DNA of 64,000 nt from an uncultured Actinomycetes bacterium (GCA_963828885.1 CAWHGC010000012.1:33068-97067), one strand, 5' to 3'. Counted from the first letter of the stretch, positions 18,447 through 32,645 are shown. Notes: generated from the letters alone by a model not told the origin. Program-made: numbers and translations.

Positions 18447-19730
18447 CTACTCGAGGTAGTCGCGCAGCTTCTGCGACCGCGAGGGGTGCCGCAGCTTCGA
18501 CAGCGTCTTCGACTCGATCTGCCGGATCCGCTCGCGGGTGACGCCGAACTCGCGGCCGACCTCCTCCAGCGTCCGCGGGTGGCCGTCGACCAACCCGAAC
18601 CGGAGCTGGATCACCTTCTTCTCGCGCTCGCTCAGCGTGTGCAGCACGCCCTCGAGCTGCTCCTGCAGCAGGATGAAGCTGGCGGCGTCGACCGGCACGA
18701 CGGCGTCGGAGTCCTCGATGAAGTCGCCGAGGTGGGAGTCCTCCTCCTCGCCGATCGGCGTCTCGAGCGACACGGGCTCCTGCGAGACCTTCAGGATCTC
18801 GCGCACCTTGTCGGCGCCGATGCCCATCACCTTGCCGATCTCGTCGGGCGTGGGCTCGCGCCCGAGGTCCTGCAGCAGCTGGCGCTGCACGCGCACGAGC
18901 TTGTTGATCGTCTCCACCATGTGCACGGGGATGCGGATCGTGCGGGCCTGGTCGGCGATCGCGCGCGTGATGGCCTGGCGGATCCACCAGGTGGCGTACG
19001 TGGAGAACTTGAAGCCCTTCGCGTAGTCGAACTTCTCCACGGCGCGGATCAGGCCGAGGTTCCCCTCCTGGATCAGGTCGAGGAACAGCATCCCGCGGCC
19101 CACGTAGCGCTTGGCGATGCAGACGACCAGGCGCAGGTTCGCCTCGATCAGCTTGCGCTTGGCGAGCTGGCCGTCGCGCTCGACGCGGTGCAGGAAGTCC
19201 ATGAGCTCCGGCTCGGACTTGGGCCGGTAGCTCTTCGCGATCTTGTTGCGGCCGATCCCCTCGACCTTGCCGAACGCCGTCAGCTGGTGGTTGCGGATCT
19301 CCCACGTGCGCTCGACGATCAGCTTCAGCGCCTTCGGATCGGGCTTGGACTCCTCGACCAGCGCCCGCTGCATGGCGGTGGCGAACTCGCCGCCCTCGAT
19401 CCGTCGCGCGAGGTCCACCTCCTGCGCGGCCGTGAGGAGCGGGACCTTGCCGATCTCCTTCAGGTACATGCGGACCGGGTCGTTGGTCGGCGCCTTCAGC
19501 AGGTCGACCTCGATGCGGACGTTGGTGGCGGGGTCGGCGTCCTCGCCCGGGACCTCGATGACCTCGATGCCCTCGTTCGTCAGATGGTCCTGGACCTGGG
19601 TGAGGAACTCCTCCACCTGCTCGGGCGTGAAGTCGTCGACGGGGACCGCTTCGAGGAGGTCCTCGGAGGTGACGAACCCGCGCTCGCGACCCTTGGCGGT
19701 GATCGTCTCCTTGACTTCGTCCAGGCTCAT
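18447..19730 (-). CDS. rpoD: primary-type RNA polymerase sigma-70 factor
   Basis: ATG at 19730 (MSLDEVKE...). Regions 1.2-4.2 are present: [82 protein letters not shown]. Lies downstream of dnaG, as in the classical dnaG-rpoD arrangement. Intact. Confidence 0.92.
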   Translation of the reverse strand: MSLDEVKETITAKGRERGFVTSEDLLEAVPVDDFTPEQVEEFLTQVQDHLTNEGIEVIEVPGEDADPATNVRIEVDLLKAPTNDPVRMYLKEIGKVPLLTAAQEVDLARRIEGGEFATAMQRALVEESKPDPKALKLIVERTWEIRNHQLTAFGKVEGIGRNKIAKSYRPKSEPELMDFLHRVERDGQLAKRKLIEANLRLVVCIAKRYVGRGMLFLDLIQEGNLGLIRAVEKFDYAKGFKFSTYATWWIRQAITRAIADQARTIRIPVHMVETINKLVRVQRQLLQDLGREPTPDEIGKVMGIGADKVREILKVSQEPVSLETPIGEEEDSHLGDFIEDSDAVVPVDAASFILLQEQLEGVLHTLSEREKKVIQLRFGLVDGHPRTLEEVGREFGVTRERIRQIESKTLSKLRHPSRSQKLRDYLE

Positions 19731-19837
19731 GAGTTCCCGAGCCGGTTCGCTCAAAGCTGCTCCTCGTGCGCCAGGGGAAGGATGCCCGGAAGTGTACGGA
19801 AAAGCAGGGGGCGTCGACCCCCGTCGACGGGAGCACG

Positions 19838-21625
19838 TCATGCGGGGTCGGGCGTCCCGTGTCGCAGGCGCCGCAGCTCGCCGTCGATCGTGACGAGCTC
19901 GTTGAACAGGCCGTCGTACTCGGGCTCGGTCGTGGGGTTGAGCTTCTGCAGGCGCATGCGCAGCGCGTCGCTGCGGCCCTTCAGCAGGAACTCGTGCAGT
20001 CGCGTCCAGACGTGCTCGGCGTAGTCCATCGTCGCCTCCCCGTCGAGCGGCTCCACCGCGAGCGACGACACCGTGGCGGCCAGCTTCTCGTCGGCGCCAC
20101 CGGCGAGCGCTGCCACGTCGCCGCCCCCGTCGCGGATGGCGACGAAGGCATGCCGCGCCGCCTGCGAACGGAAGTGGTCCTCCGTGAGCTTGGGTTCGAG
20201 CTCGCGGTAGATATCGGCATCGCGCACGAGCAACTTCAACATCTCGCGCTCGACCCGCTCCTGCACGGTGCCGCGCTTCAGCGCCTTCGCGACCTCGGCC
20301 GGCCGGGGCGCGCCGCCGTGCTGGTCCATGGTGGCGAGGACGGAGTGCTCGGCGACGCCCGCGAGGTCGGCGACCATGTGCCCGTACTCGCTGCGCCGCA
20401 CCGGATCGGTCAGGCGCTGCAGGATCGGCATGACCGACGGCCACCGCCGCGCTCTGGCCCTCGACCGTCGACAGGTCGTGGCGCCCGATCGTGCGGCGCA
20501 GCATGTACTCGACGAGCGGCCGGCCGTGCTTGGCGGCCAGGTGCACGGCCTCGGCGCCGTGCACGCGCACGAAGTCGGCCGGGTCCAGGCCCTGCGGCAT
20601 GATCATCACGACCGCCTGCACCGGGTACGGCCTCCTGGAACGCGAACGCCCGCTCGGCGGCGCGCGCGCCGGCCTCGTCGGAGTCGAACGCGAGGATCGC
20701 CCGCTGCGCGAAGCGGCTCAGCAGCCGGAAGTGCTCCTCCCCCAGCGCCGTGCCGCAGGTGGCGACCGAGTTCTCGATGCCGGCCTGGTGCAGCGCGATC
20801 ACGTCGGTGTAGCCCTCGACGACGAAGGCCTCGCCCGACTTCGCGATGGCGCCGCGCGCCCGGTGGAGGTTGTACAGGAGCTCGTTCTTCCGGTAGATCG
20901 GCGTCTCGGCCGTGTTCAGGTACTTCGCCTGCTCGCCGGCCCGAGGGTCGCTCGGCAGGATGCGCGCGCCGATGCCGACCCCGCGTCCCTGCAGGTCGTG
21001 GACCGGGAACGTGATGCGGCCGCGGAACCGGTCGCGCACCGTCCCGTCCTCGCCCGCGGGTGGCGACGCCGGCCTCGAGCAGGATCTCGGGGCCGAGCGA
21101 GGTGAGGCGGCGCAGCAGGAAGTCGGGGTAGGTGGGCGCGTACCCGATCTCGAAGACCTCGGCCGTGGGCGCGTCGATCCCCCGCTCGGCCAGGTAGGTC
21201 CGGGCCTCGGCGCCCTCCTTCCCGTCGACGAGCATCCGGTGGTACAGCGCCGCCGCCTCCTCGTTCGCGCGGTGCAGCGCGCGGCGGCGCTCGGCCTTGC
21301 GGCGCTCGGCCGGCGAGTCGCCCTCGTACCGGAGCGTGACGCCGGCCTGCGACGCGAGGCGCTCCAGCGCCTCCACGTAGGTGAGGTGCTCGAGCTCGCG
21401 CAGGAACGTGATGGCGTCGCCGCCCTTGCCGCAGCCGAAGCAGTAGAAGACCTGCTTGGCGGGGCTGACGCTGAAGCTGGCCGTCTTCTCCTGATGGAAG
21501 GGGCACAGCCCCGACAACGAGTCGTGCCCGGTCTTCTTCAGCGTGAGGTACTGCCCCACGAGCGTGGTGATGTCGGTCCGTTCCTTGACGGCCTCGACGT
21601 CCTCCTGCCGGATCCTGCCTGCCAC
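19838..21625 (-). pseudogene. dnaG: DNA primase DnaG, three frame disruptions (essential gene, so probably assembly indels)
   Basis: Zinc-binding N-terminus (CPFHQEKTASFSVSPAKQVFYCFGCGKGGD), TOPRIM ([23 protein letters not shown]) and the C-terminal helicase-interaction region lie in four successive frames. The shifts, at ~21050, ~20625 and ~20435, are all in the same direction. Confidence 0.88.
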
Positions 21626-21638
21626 CTGCCCCGTTCCT

Positions 21639-22653
21639 TCAGTCGAGGAGCCACTCCCGGGGAAGGAAGAGCTGCTCGTAGGTCCGCAGGGCGTACCGGT
21701 CCGTCATGCCGGCGATGAAGTCGGCGACGCGGGTCGGCAGGTCCCCAGGCATCCGATGGTACTCGGGCGGGAGATCGTCGGGATGGTCGAGGAACCAGCC
21801 GAAGAGCGCCCGCACGACCGCGATCGCCCGTTCCTGCTCGTCGCGGGCGCCGGCCCGCAGGTAGACCTGCTCGAACATGAAGTCCCGCAGCTCGTCGAGG
21901 GCGGCGAACACCGGTCGGCGACAGCCGGATCTCGGGCTGCCCGGCGCCGGTCGTCACGAGATCGGTCACGAGGGTGTTGATGCGCTCGGAGTGCGTGGCG
22001 CCGAGCGTGCGCAGCGGTCCGGCGGGGAGCTCCTGGACCGTGAGGACGCCGGCCCGAAGGGCGTCGTCCACGTCGTGGTTCAGGTACGCGATCCGGTCGG
22101 CGAACCGCACGACCTGGGCCTCGAGCGTGGAGGGCTGCGGCATCGACCAGGGGTGGTGCAGGATGCCGTCGCGGACCTCCCAGGTGAGGTTGAGCCCCTC
22201 GCCGTCGTTCTCGAGGTGGTCGACGACGCGGAGGCTCTGCTCGGAGTGGCGGAACGGCCGGTCGAGCAGCGGCGTGAGCGCCTGCTCGCCCAGGTGCCCG
22301 AACGGCGTGTGCCCGAGGTCGTGCCCCAGCGCGATGGCCTCGGTGAGGTCCTCGTTCAGCCGCAGCGCCCGCGCGACGGTGCGCGCGATCTGGCTGACGT
22401 CGAGGGTGTGCGTGAGGCGGACGCGGTAGTGGTCGCCCTGCGGCGCGACGAAGACCTGGGTCTTGTGCTTCAGGCGACGGAAGGCCTTGGCGTGCACGAT
22501 GCGGTCGCGGTCCCGCTGCCAGACGGTGCGCAGCGGATCCTGCGGCTCCTCGCGCTCCCGGCCCTTCGTGGCGTCGGCGAACGAGGCGAGCGGGTCCAGC
22601 GTGAGCCGTTCGATCTCCTCGGAGCGCTCACGCGGGGTGGCCATGACGGCCAT
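21639..22653 (-). pseudogene. dgt: dGTP triphosphohydrolase-like HD-domain protein, one frame disruption
   Basis: Pattern [62 protein letters not shown]. The C-terminal 90 aa continue in ORF 21639..21911. Shift at ~21915. Confidence 0.85.
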
Positions 22654-22746
22654 GGTATCGCCCGCCCCCGACAGTCCGGCCGGGCCGCCCGGGCGTATGG
22701 CTTACAGGACCGGAGACCGAGCGAGCCGAGCGAGGAGGGACCGACG

Positions 22747-23227
22747 ATGAGGTTCGCACGATGGAGCGTGGCAACCGTGGTGCTGGTGGTGCTGGCGACG
22801 GCCTGCGCGAGCGACAGCTCGACGGTGCCGGGGAGCGGGAGCCCGAGCCCGGTCGCCACGTCGCCGGGGTCCTCGAGCGGCGGAGGCGGGGGCAGCGGCG
22901 GCTACGGCCAGGGCGGCTACGGCGGTGGCGGTGGCGGTGGCGGCGGAGGAGGCGGCGGCGGCGGTGCCTCGACGATGACCGTCACGCAGGCCAACTACTC
23001 GTTCTCGCCCTCGACGTTCTCGGTGGCCTCCGGCGACACGATCACGATCAAGAACAGCACGCCCAGCACGCCGCACACCTTCACGATCGACGGACAGGAC
23101 GTGGACGTCGAGGTCAGTCCGGCCACCTCGCAGGACGTGAAGATCGACCTGCCGGCCGGGCACCTACCCGTTCTTCTGCCGGTTCCACCAGGCAGAGGGG
23201 ATGACGGGAACGCTGACGGTCACCTGA
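22747..23227 (+). pseudogene. cupredoxin (plastocyanin/amicyanin-like) lipoprotein with a Gly-rich linker, one frame disruption
   Basis: Lipobox-type signal peptide (VVLVVLATAC) is followed by a ~35-aa G/Y/S linker. The cupredoxin core contains PHTF. After one base is removed from the GGG run at ~23160, the tail reads PAGTYPFFCRFHQAEGMTGTLTVT*, giving Cys-x2-His-x4-Met copper ligands. Confidence 0.75.
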
Positions 23228-23245
23228 TCGGGGCGGTTCGAACGC

Positions 23246-23761
23246 TCAGCCGACCGGGACGCGGTCGACGGGGGCGCGGCCCTCGCTGACCTGGCGAACG
23301 CCGATCGCGAGGGCGACCTCCTCGGAGACCTCGCGCGCGATGACGACGGCGCCGATCACGCGCCCGTCGGCGGTACGGACCGGCCGGCAGTCGGAGGCCA
23401 GCACGACCTGTCGTCCGTCGGCGGGGCAGCGCATGCGGAGGAGCGATTGGCCGATCTCCTCGCCCTCGAGCAGCACCTGGGCCTCGGGGAGATCCTGCTC
23501 GGTGAGCGGGTGACCGGCGAGGTCCCGGATGTCGCAGACGACGATGACCTCCTCGAGCGTCATCCCTCGAACGATGCCGGTGAGCGCCGCGTACCGCCGG
23601 TTCACGCACAGGATCCGGCCGAGGACGTCGATCACGAAGGCGCCGTACGGGAGGGCCTCGAGGACGGGCTCGAAGTCGGTTCTGGGGTCGCCGCCGAGCC
23701 GGCCGACATAGGCCGTGTACGGCCCGCTCCAGGCCTCGTCCCCGTATGCGTGCTGTCCCAT
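23246..23761 (-). CDS. single PAS-domain protein
   Basis: ATG at 23761 (MGQHAY...). PAS-like core: LEALPYGAFVIDVLGRILCVNRRYAALTG...RPVRTADGRVIGAVVIAREVSEE. Confidence 0.6.
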   Translation of the reverse strand: MGQHAYGDEAWSGPYTAYVGRLGGDPRTDFEPVLEALPYGAFVIDVLGRILCVNRRYAALTGIVRGMTLEEVIVVCDIRDLAGHPLTEQDLPEAQVLLEGEEIGQSLLRMRCPADGRQVVLASDCRPVRTADGRVIGAVVIAREVSEEVALAIGVRQVSEGRAPVDRVPVG

Positions 23762-23871
23762 GGGCTCCGTCCTCCCACAGAAGCTTCGGCATCGACGCAA
23801 CCACATCTATAGCGTCCGCTACCCGATCTTCGGTAGGCACGGATACCCGATCGCGGGAAGGGGCCCGCCGC

Positions 23872-24480
23872 TCAGCGGCCCGTGACGCGGTAGTAGAGGT
23901 ACGCGAAGGTCTCGCGCACGTATCCGCCCAGGCGCGTCTCCTCGGTCGAGGCCGCCGAGGTCCACGTGGCCGACGCGTGCCCCTCGAACCCGAGGTCGGA
24001 CGCCATCCGCTCGATCCGGAGGTTGTGCCACGGGTCCGACACCAGGAACGCCGAGTGGAGATCGCGCTCGCGCATCCAGTCGGCGAGCGCGCTCAGGCTC
24101 TCGAACGTCGTGTGCCCGACCGGCTCGGCGACGACGGACCCGGCCGGGACGCCCTTCGCGATCAGGTAGTCGCGGCCGGCCTCGGCCTCGGTGGTCCGGT
24201 CGCCGGGGCGGTTGCCGCCCACGACGACCACCTGGTCGGCGCGGCCCTGCGTGAACAGCAGGGCCGCATGGTCGAGGCGGCCGGCGAACACCGGCGAGGG
24301 GTCGCCGTTGTACTGCGCGGCGCCCAGGACGACGATCAGGTCGGCGGTCTCGACCTCGGCGGCGTCGTCGTGGTGCGCGGCGCGCCACACCGCGAGCGCG
24401 GTGACGCCCACCACCGCGACGACCGACAGCATGAGCGCGAGCGCGACGGCGACGACGGGGTGTCGGCGGAGGGTGCCCAC
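23872..24480 (-). CDS. YdcF/DUF218 (ElyC/SanA-like) envelope protein
   Basis: N-terminal TM helix followed by the DUF218 pattern LIVVLGAAQYNG.PSPVFAGRLDHA...GRDYLIAKGVP...VSDPWHNLR. Confidence 0.7.
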   Translation of the reverse strand: MGTLRRHPVVAVALALMLSVVAVVGVTALAVWRAAHHDDAAEVETADLIVVLGAAQYNGDPSPVFAGRLDHAALLFTQGRADQVVVVGGNRPGDRTTEAEAGRDYLIAKGVPAGSVVAEPVGHTTFESLSALADWMRERDLHSAFLVSDPWHNLRIERMASDLGFEGHASATWTSAASTEETRLGGYVRETFAYLYYRVTGR

Positions 24481-24506
24481 CGGGCCACCCTACCAACGCC
24501 CCCGGC

Positions 24507-24893
24507 TCAGTCCGTGCACAGGACCTCGACCTCGACGCGGACGACCGGGTCGCGGTCCGTGCGCGCGACCAGATCGTCCAGCTCCGCGCGATCGGCCGCG
24601 ACGACACCGAGCACGTAGCTCGACGCGTCGACGCCGTGCGGCAGGCCGCGCAGACACGAGGCCGGCGACACCACGAGCGAGCCTCCGAGCACGTCGGTGA
24701 GCGCCTGCGTGTCCGCGTCCAGCGCGTCGGGATCGCGCTCGACCCGCAGGACCGCGAGCCACGTGGAGGTCGCCGACGCCCTCGACGCCGTCACCGACGA
24801 CGCCGCGGGCGTGCGCTCCCCCGCGCACGCGGCGAGCGACGCCGACAGACACAACACGACGAGGACGGCCGCCGATCGCCGAGTCCCGCTCAT
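24507..24893 (-). CDS. putative lipoprotein, function unknown
   Basis: Signal peptide with lipobox (LSASLAAC). 128 aa. The start overlaps the stop of the upstream gene (ATGA). Confidence 0.5.
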   Translation of the reverse strand: MSGTRRSAAVLVVLCLSASLAACAGERTPAASSVTASRASATSTWLAVLRVERDPDALDADTQALTDVLGGSLVVSPASCLRGLPHGVDASSYVLGVVAADRAELDDLVARTDRDPVVRVEVEVLCTD

Positions 24894-26223
24894 GCGGTCA
24901 CCACCCAGCTCGTCGAGGCGTACGCCGGCAGCGCGGCGCGGAACGCGGCGAGGGCCGACACGCGCGATCCGCGTCGGCGGCGAGGGGCACGAACACGCCG
25001 TACGCCCCGGGCCGCAGGGCGTGCGGCGCCGTCGACGCGTCGACGGACCTCGCCCACGCGGCGGCGCCGCCGGTCGCCCGGATCGCCGTCAGGGCCGTCT
25101 GTGCGGCCTCGGGCGTGGAGAAGTCGCCGACGAGGATGCCGATCTCGCTCGTGGCCTCCGCCGAGGCCGCGGGGCCGGCATCGGGTGGGAGCGGACCGCG
25201 GTCGGGCGCGGCGTTGCCGACGCCGGCCGCGTGATCGGGATCGACCGCGTCGATCGGGTCCATCAGCGTGGCGCCGCACCCGATCGTCGTCCGGGTGCCG
25301 TCCGGCGCCTCCCGCACGAGGTCCACCCGCGCCGCGCCGATGTCGGGCACGTTCCACAGGCGCGCGCGGCCGTCGGCGCCGGCCAGGTACATCTCGCGAT
25401 CGAGCGCGGCCACGCGGCGCACCCGGCCGCCCTCCAGGTGCATCAGCGAGAAGCTCGGTTCGACCGTCGCCGACCCCCGCCCACGCACCAGCACGAAGTC
25501 CACGCCCGCCGCCGGGCGAGGCCACCGGGGTGCGGACGGCGGTCCAGCGGTCCTCGTCGGCCGTGAAGGACGTGAGCCGGGTCCAGCGGCCGCCGGACGA
25601 GATGCGCCACAGGTCGTCCAGGCGGTCGTCCTCCGGCACCGCGCCGGTCGGCGGCGCGGAGACGGCGACGACGAGCCCGTGTCCGGCGAAGACCGGCGAG
25701 AAGGCGAGCGCGCCGGGGCGCGGGACCGGATACCCGACGATCCGGCCCGAGTCCGCGTCCCGGACGCGCACCGCCGTCCCGACCGACCAGGCGAGGTCGC
25801 CGGCCGGCGACAGCGACGGGTTCACGGCCTCGGCGTCCTGCGGGATCCGCACGGTGCCGGCCTCCGTCGCCAGCACGACGGTGTCGGTGCCGGCGCCGTC
25901 CTCGACGAACGCGGTGCCGACGCCCCGGACGCTCACCACGTGGCGGACGACCGTGCCGGCCGCCGCGCGAGGATCGGAGGCCGTCGCCCCCGACGGGTCG
26001 TCCACCCGCGCGAGCCGCCCGCCCGCCGCCGCCCAGATGCCCGAGCCCGCGGAGGCCGGCGAGGATCCGAGCGGCGCGGGCCGCCCCAGCACCTGCGGGC
26101 ATCCGGTCGGCAGCAGCGAGGCCGGTGCCGGTCCGCCCGGTCGGCCGGCTGCCCCGGCCCCGAGGCCGCCCCCAGCGCCGCGGCGCCCACCACGCCCAGC
26201 AGGAACACGAGTCGACGGATCAT
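24890..26223 (-). pseudogene. secreted protein with a C-terminal SPOR-like segment, >=3 frame disruptions
   Basis: Signal peptide MIRRLVFLLGVVGAAALGAA (ORF 25933..26223). The central part lies in ORF 24890..26092. A SPOR-like stretch (GILVGDFSTPEAAQTALTAIRATGG...GAYGVFVPL) lies in ORF 24898..25503. The last ~20 aa return to the 24890 frame. Shifts near ~26110, ~25500 and ~24960. Confidence 0.5.
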
Positions 26224-26269
26224 GCGAACCCTCCTTCGATGAGTGGCTTCGATGTGCGGCGGTCGTGAC

Positions 26270-26888
26270 TCAGTAGTCGGTGACGTACTGGAAGTGCATG
26301 GGGTCGGGGGTGGTGTCGAAGTTCAGACCCCAGAAGAAGCGATGGCCCGGGAACCCGCCGCGCCACACGTCGGGGATGTACGTGTCGTGGTCGATGCCGT
26401 CGGACCCCCGCCCGTTCCAGTGGTCCTGCCCCCGCGGGTTCCGCAGCCAGTTCGTGTCGATGGCGGCGCCCCACGAATGCACCGACCACGAGGTCGACCC
26501 GGAGATCAGCCGGCAGTTGTAGCCGCCGATGCCCGGGTACAGGGCGCCGTCCCGGTGCGCGGCGTCGATGTGGTTGCGGATGTTGTAGCCGACGTTCCGG
26601 GCGATGTAGGTGTTGTAGTACACGTACCCGCCGCCGTCCTCGGACTGGTGCGGCCAGTACGAACGGCCGTCGTTGGACCGGTCGATGCATCGATCGCCGA
26701 ACAGCCGGTTGAGCTCGGCGAGGCCGCTGGGTCGCGGCGGGATCGCGTCGATGCTGTGGTCGTGCGTCCACCCCGACATGTGGGTCGCGAGCGCCGACGC
26801 CGACGGCGTACCCCACCGACATCGCCGACGCCAGCGCGACGACGGTGAGGATCGAACGGAGACCGCCGAGCCTGCGGATGCCGTCCAT
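26270..26888 (-). pseudogene. M15-family (VanY / D-Ala-D-Ala carboxypeptidase-like) secreted peptidase, one frame disruption near the 5' end
   Basis: Signal peptide MDGIRRLGGLRSILTVVALASAMSVG lies in ORF 26220..26888. The catalytic body lies in ORF 26270..26908, with SVHSWGAAIDTN and DPMHFQY motifs typical of the Zn D,D-peptidase fold. Shift at ~26790. Confidence 0.65.
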
Positions 26889-27033
26889 ACCGCACCTCCA
26901 TGGTTCACGGGGAGGCGGGAAGGACCGACGATCCTAGGGCAGCGGCACGCGCCCTCGCATCGCCGAAGCGGGGGGTTCGGCGCCGATCACGGCCGATTCG
27001 CCGTGCGGTCCGTCACGTTCGCGACGTCGCCGG

Positions 27034-29735
<2,702 letters not shown>

Positions 29736-29769
29736 CGCATGCCTCCGAAGCCGATGGTCGTCGAGTGCG

Positions 29770-31113
29770 TCAGTCTACGGCGGCGGCGAGGGCCTCGAGG
29801 GTCGCGGGGTCCGTCGCGAACGCAACGTCGACGCCGTCCTCGCCGCGGGGCAGGACCTCGGCATGCGAGGCCCTCGGCCTCGGTCCACTGCCGCATCGCC
29901 TGGGCGAACTCCCGGGCGTCGCCGGGCGTGTCCCAGACGGTGCGCAGCACGCACCGCCGTCTGCCGTCCGTCGGTCCAGGCCCGGTAGATGCCGCCGTCC
30001 CAGCCCGGCGTCGCGCGCTGCAGCGACCGGACCGTCGATCCGCAGGGCCAGCGCCATCTGGAGCCAGGCCTCGCCGACCTCCATCACGTCGAGGTCGTGC
30101 CACCCCGGCCCGAGGTCCGCCGACAGGTCCGGCACGTCGAGCGGCTGGGGCGTGTCGTTCGGGTAGCGCTCCGGGTGCAGGATCTGCTCGGTCGACACGG
30201 GGAGGTGGCGAAGCGCCTCGTTGACGGCCGCCGTGCCGCCGTCGGAGTAGCGGGCCTGGATGAAGGCGGTGCCGGCCGTGTACGGCCACTGCTGCAGCGC
30301 CTGCACGAACGGCGGGACGGACTCGAGGTCGCCGCCGCCGACTCAACGGGTTCGGGCCGGTCGCGATCGGGCGCAGGTCCGGGATCGGCCGAGATCGAGA
30401 AGAACTGCGCGCTGCCCTCGACGGCGCCGAGCGCCGCCGCCGACCGCTCGTCGCGGCAGGTGGCGGCGAGCCGGTCCACGCGCACGAGGCCGAAGTGCTG
30501 GTCGTCGAGCGCGTGCGTGAGCTCGTGCGCGAGCACGACGCCGTCGACCAGGCTGGGATCGGCGTCGCTCCCGGTCGCGACGAGCTCGCCGGTCTCCGGC
30601 ACGTAGAACCCGAGGACCTGCCCCCGGTAGTAGGCATGGATCGCGTCGGAGAGGTCGGCCTCGGGCGGGATCACGCCGATCGTCCGCCACGCCCGGGTGC
30701 GGCGCGCGAGCTGGTCCTCGGAGATCGAGGCGTCGAGGATCGAGCCGAGCCTCGCGTCCAGCTGGGCGTCGGTGCCGACGTCGACCGGCACGTCGTGCAG
30801 GAACTTCAGTCCCCGGTGCTCGGCCGCGATCTTCTCCACCACCTGGACGAACGGCGGCACCGGGCCGTGCTGCTCGGCCGGCGGGCCCACCTCGAGCTTC
30901 GGCACGGTGCAGAGCGTGTGGAGGGCGCTCAGGGCGGAGCCGCTCGCCGGTCGGGACCGGCGACGGCGACGGATCCGGCGAGGTCGGCGCCGGCGCGGAG
31001 GTGGCGGGCGCGGCCGGCGAGGCGGTGACGACGACGGAGCTCCCGCCCGTGCAGGCGACCGTGAGCGCGGCGGCGGCCAGCACCGCCGCCGCGACGGTGC
31101 GGCGCGACCTCAT
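29770..31113 (-). pseudogene. secreted/lipoprotein HExxH zinc-metalloprotease-like protein, about 6 frame disruptions
   Basis: Lipoprotein signal MRSRRTVAAAVLAAAALTVAC plus a Pro/Ser/Ala linker. The core contains VLAHELTHALDDQH. The C-terminal part (STEQILHPERY..., VLRTVWDTPGDAREFAQAM...) is recovered only by stepping through frames. Total length is a multiple of 3, consistent with 6 one-base insertions. Confidence 0.55.
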
Positions 31114-31322
31114 CGGCGCGGCAGCACCACCGACACGATCGCGACGAGGATCGCCAGCCCCGACAGCACGGTCGAGGTCCACAGCAGCCGCGTCGACGTC
31201 AGGAATCCGACCGCCGAGGCCGTCATGGCGGCGCCGGCGCCCACCAGCAGCAGGAACGCCAGCGCGTACAGGCTCACCCAGCCTCGAGGCCGGCTCGCTC
31301 CCCGGTTCGTCCATCGCGACAT
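31110..31322 (-). CDS. small two-TM membrane protein
   Basis: 70-aa ORF with two hydrophobic helices. Its stop overlaps the start of the downstream metalloprotease gene (ATGA). It lies 6 nt downstream of glyQS. Confidence 0.5.
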   Translation of the reverse strand: MSRWTNRGASRPRGWVSLYALAFLLLVGAGAAMTASAVGFLTSTRLLWTSTVLSGLAILVAIVSVVLPRR

Positions 31323-31328
31323 CTTCGC

Positions 31329-32645
31329 TCACAGGCGGTCCCGGAGGTACGGCACGAGTGTGTCGATCCCGACACGGTCCTGCGTCATGGTGTCGCGCTC
31401 GCGCACCGTCACCTGCCCGTCGTCGAGCGACTCGAAGTCCACCGTCACGCAGAACGGGGTGCCGACCTCGTCCTGGCGGCGGTAGCGGCGGCCGATCGCG
31501 CCGGCGTCGTCGTACTGCGACATCCACTCCGGCTTCACGAGGTCGTGGACGCGGCGGGCCTCGGGCACGAGCTTCTCGTTGCGCGACAGCGGCAGCACCG
31601 CCACCTTGATCGGCGCGAGCGAGCGGTGCAGCCCCAGCACGGTGCGCGTGTCGGTGCCGCCCTTCGCCGTCGGGACCTGCTCCTCGCGGTACGCGTCGAC
31701 GAGGAAGGCGAGCAGCGACCGGTCGACGCCGCCGGCCGGCTCCACGACGTAGGGCAGGTACCGGGTCTCCTTCTCCTGATCGAAGTACGTGAGGTCCTGG
31801 CCGCTCGCCTCCTGGTGGGCGCGCAGGTCGAAGTCGGTGCGGTTCGCGATGCCCTCGAGCTCGCCCCAGCCGAACGGGAACTCGTACTCGACGTCGGTGG
31901 CCGCCTTCGCGTAGTGCGCGAGCTCGTCGGGCTCGTGCGGCCGCAGGCGGAGCTTGTCCTTCGTCATCCCCAGATCCACGTACCACTGGAACCGCTGCTC
32001 GACCCAGTACGCGAACGCCTCCTCGTCGGCGCCCGGCTCGACGAAGTACTCCATCTCCATCTGCTCGAACTCCCGCGTGCGGAAGAAGAAGTTCCCCGGC
32101 GTGATCTCGTTGCGGAAGCTCTTGCCGATCTGCGCGATGCCGAACGGCAGCTTCTTGCGCGCGACCGTCTGCACGGCCGTGAAGTCCACGAACATCCCCT
32201 GCGCCGTCTCGGGCCGCAGGTACACCACGTTGTCGTCGTCGGGCACCGGCCCCATGTGCGTGGAGAACATCATGTTGAACTGCTTCTCCTCGGTGAACGC
32301 CGTGCCGCCGCAGTTGGGGCAGGCCTTCGGATCGCCCTCGAGGTGGTCTGCGCGGAAGCGCTGATGGCAGCTCTCGCACTCGACGAGCGGGTCGGAGAAG
32401 CCGGCCACGTGCCCGGACGCCTGCCACACGAGCGGCGACATGATGACGGCGGCCTCGAGGCCCACGATGTCGTCGCGGAGCTGGACCATGCTGCGCCACC
32501 AGGCGGTGCGGATGTTGCGGCGGAGCTCGACCCCGAGGGGGCCGTAGTCCCACGACGAGCGCAGTCCCCCGTAGATCTCGCTGGACTGGAAGGCGATGCC
32601 CCGGCGCTTGGCCAGGGAGGTGACGGCCTCCATGAGGTCGGTCAC
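31329..32645 (-). CDS. glyQS: glycine--tRNA ligase (class II, alpha2 type)
   Basis: GTG at 32645 lies 6 nt after AAGGAG. Pattern [61 protein letters not shown]. Intact (438 aa). Confidence 0.92.
   Translation of the reverse strand: MTDLMEAVTSLAKRRGIAFQSSEIYGGLRSSWDYGPLGVELRRNIRTAWWRSMVQLRDDIVGLEAAVIMSPLVWQASGHVAGFSDPLVECESCHQRFRADHLEGDPKACPNCGGTAFTEEKQFNMMFSTHMGPVPDDDNVVYLRPETAQGMFVDFTAVQTVARKKLPFGIAQIGKSFRNEITPGNFFFRTREFEQMEMEYFVEPGADEEAFAYWVEQRFQWYVDLGMTKDKLRLRPHEPDELAHYAKAATDVEYEFPFGWGELEGIANRTDFDLRAHQEASGQDLTYFDQEKETRYLPYVVEPAGGVDRSLLAFLVDAYREEQVPTAKGGTDTRTVLGLHRSLAPIKVAVLPLSRNEKLVPEARRVHDLVKPEWMSQYDDAGAIGRRYRRQDEVGTPFCVTVDFESLDDGQVTVRERDTMTQDRVGIDTLVPYLRDRL

Noticed and set aside
19838-21625. 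Programmed ribosomal frameshifting as an explanation for the frame changes in dnaG and other genes.
   Set aside because: There are no slippery heptamers or downstream structures at the shift sites. Shifts occur at more than 50 unrelated positions in genes that are not known to use recoding. Indel error or decay is far more parsimonious.
26889-27033. Possible c-di-AMP (ydaO-type) riboswitch upstream of the M15 peptidase gene.
   Set aside because: There are superficial similarities (..CGAATC.. and ..CCCCGTGAACC..). However, the hallmark GGGGACCCA and CCCGAACCCG elements and the pseudo-twofold arrangement are not recognisable.
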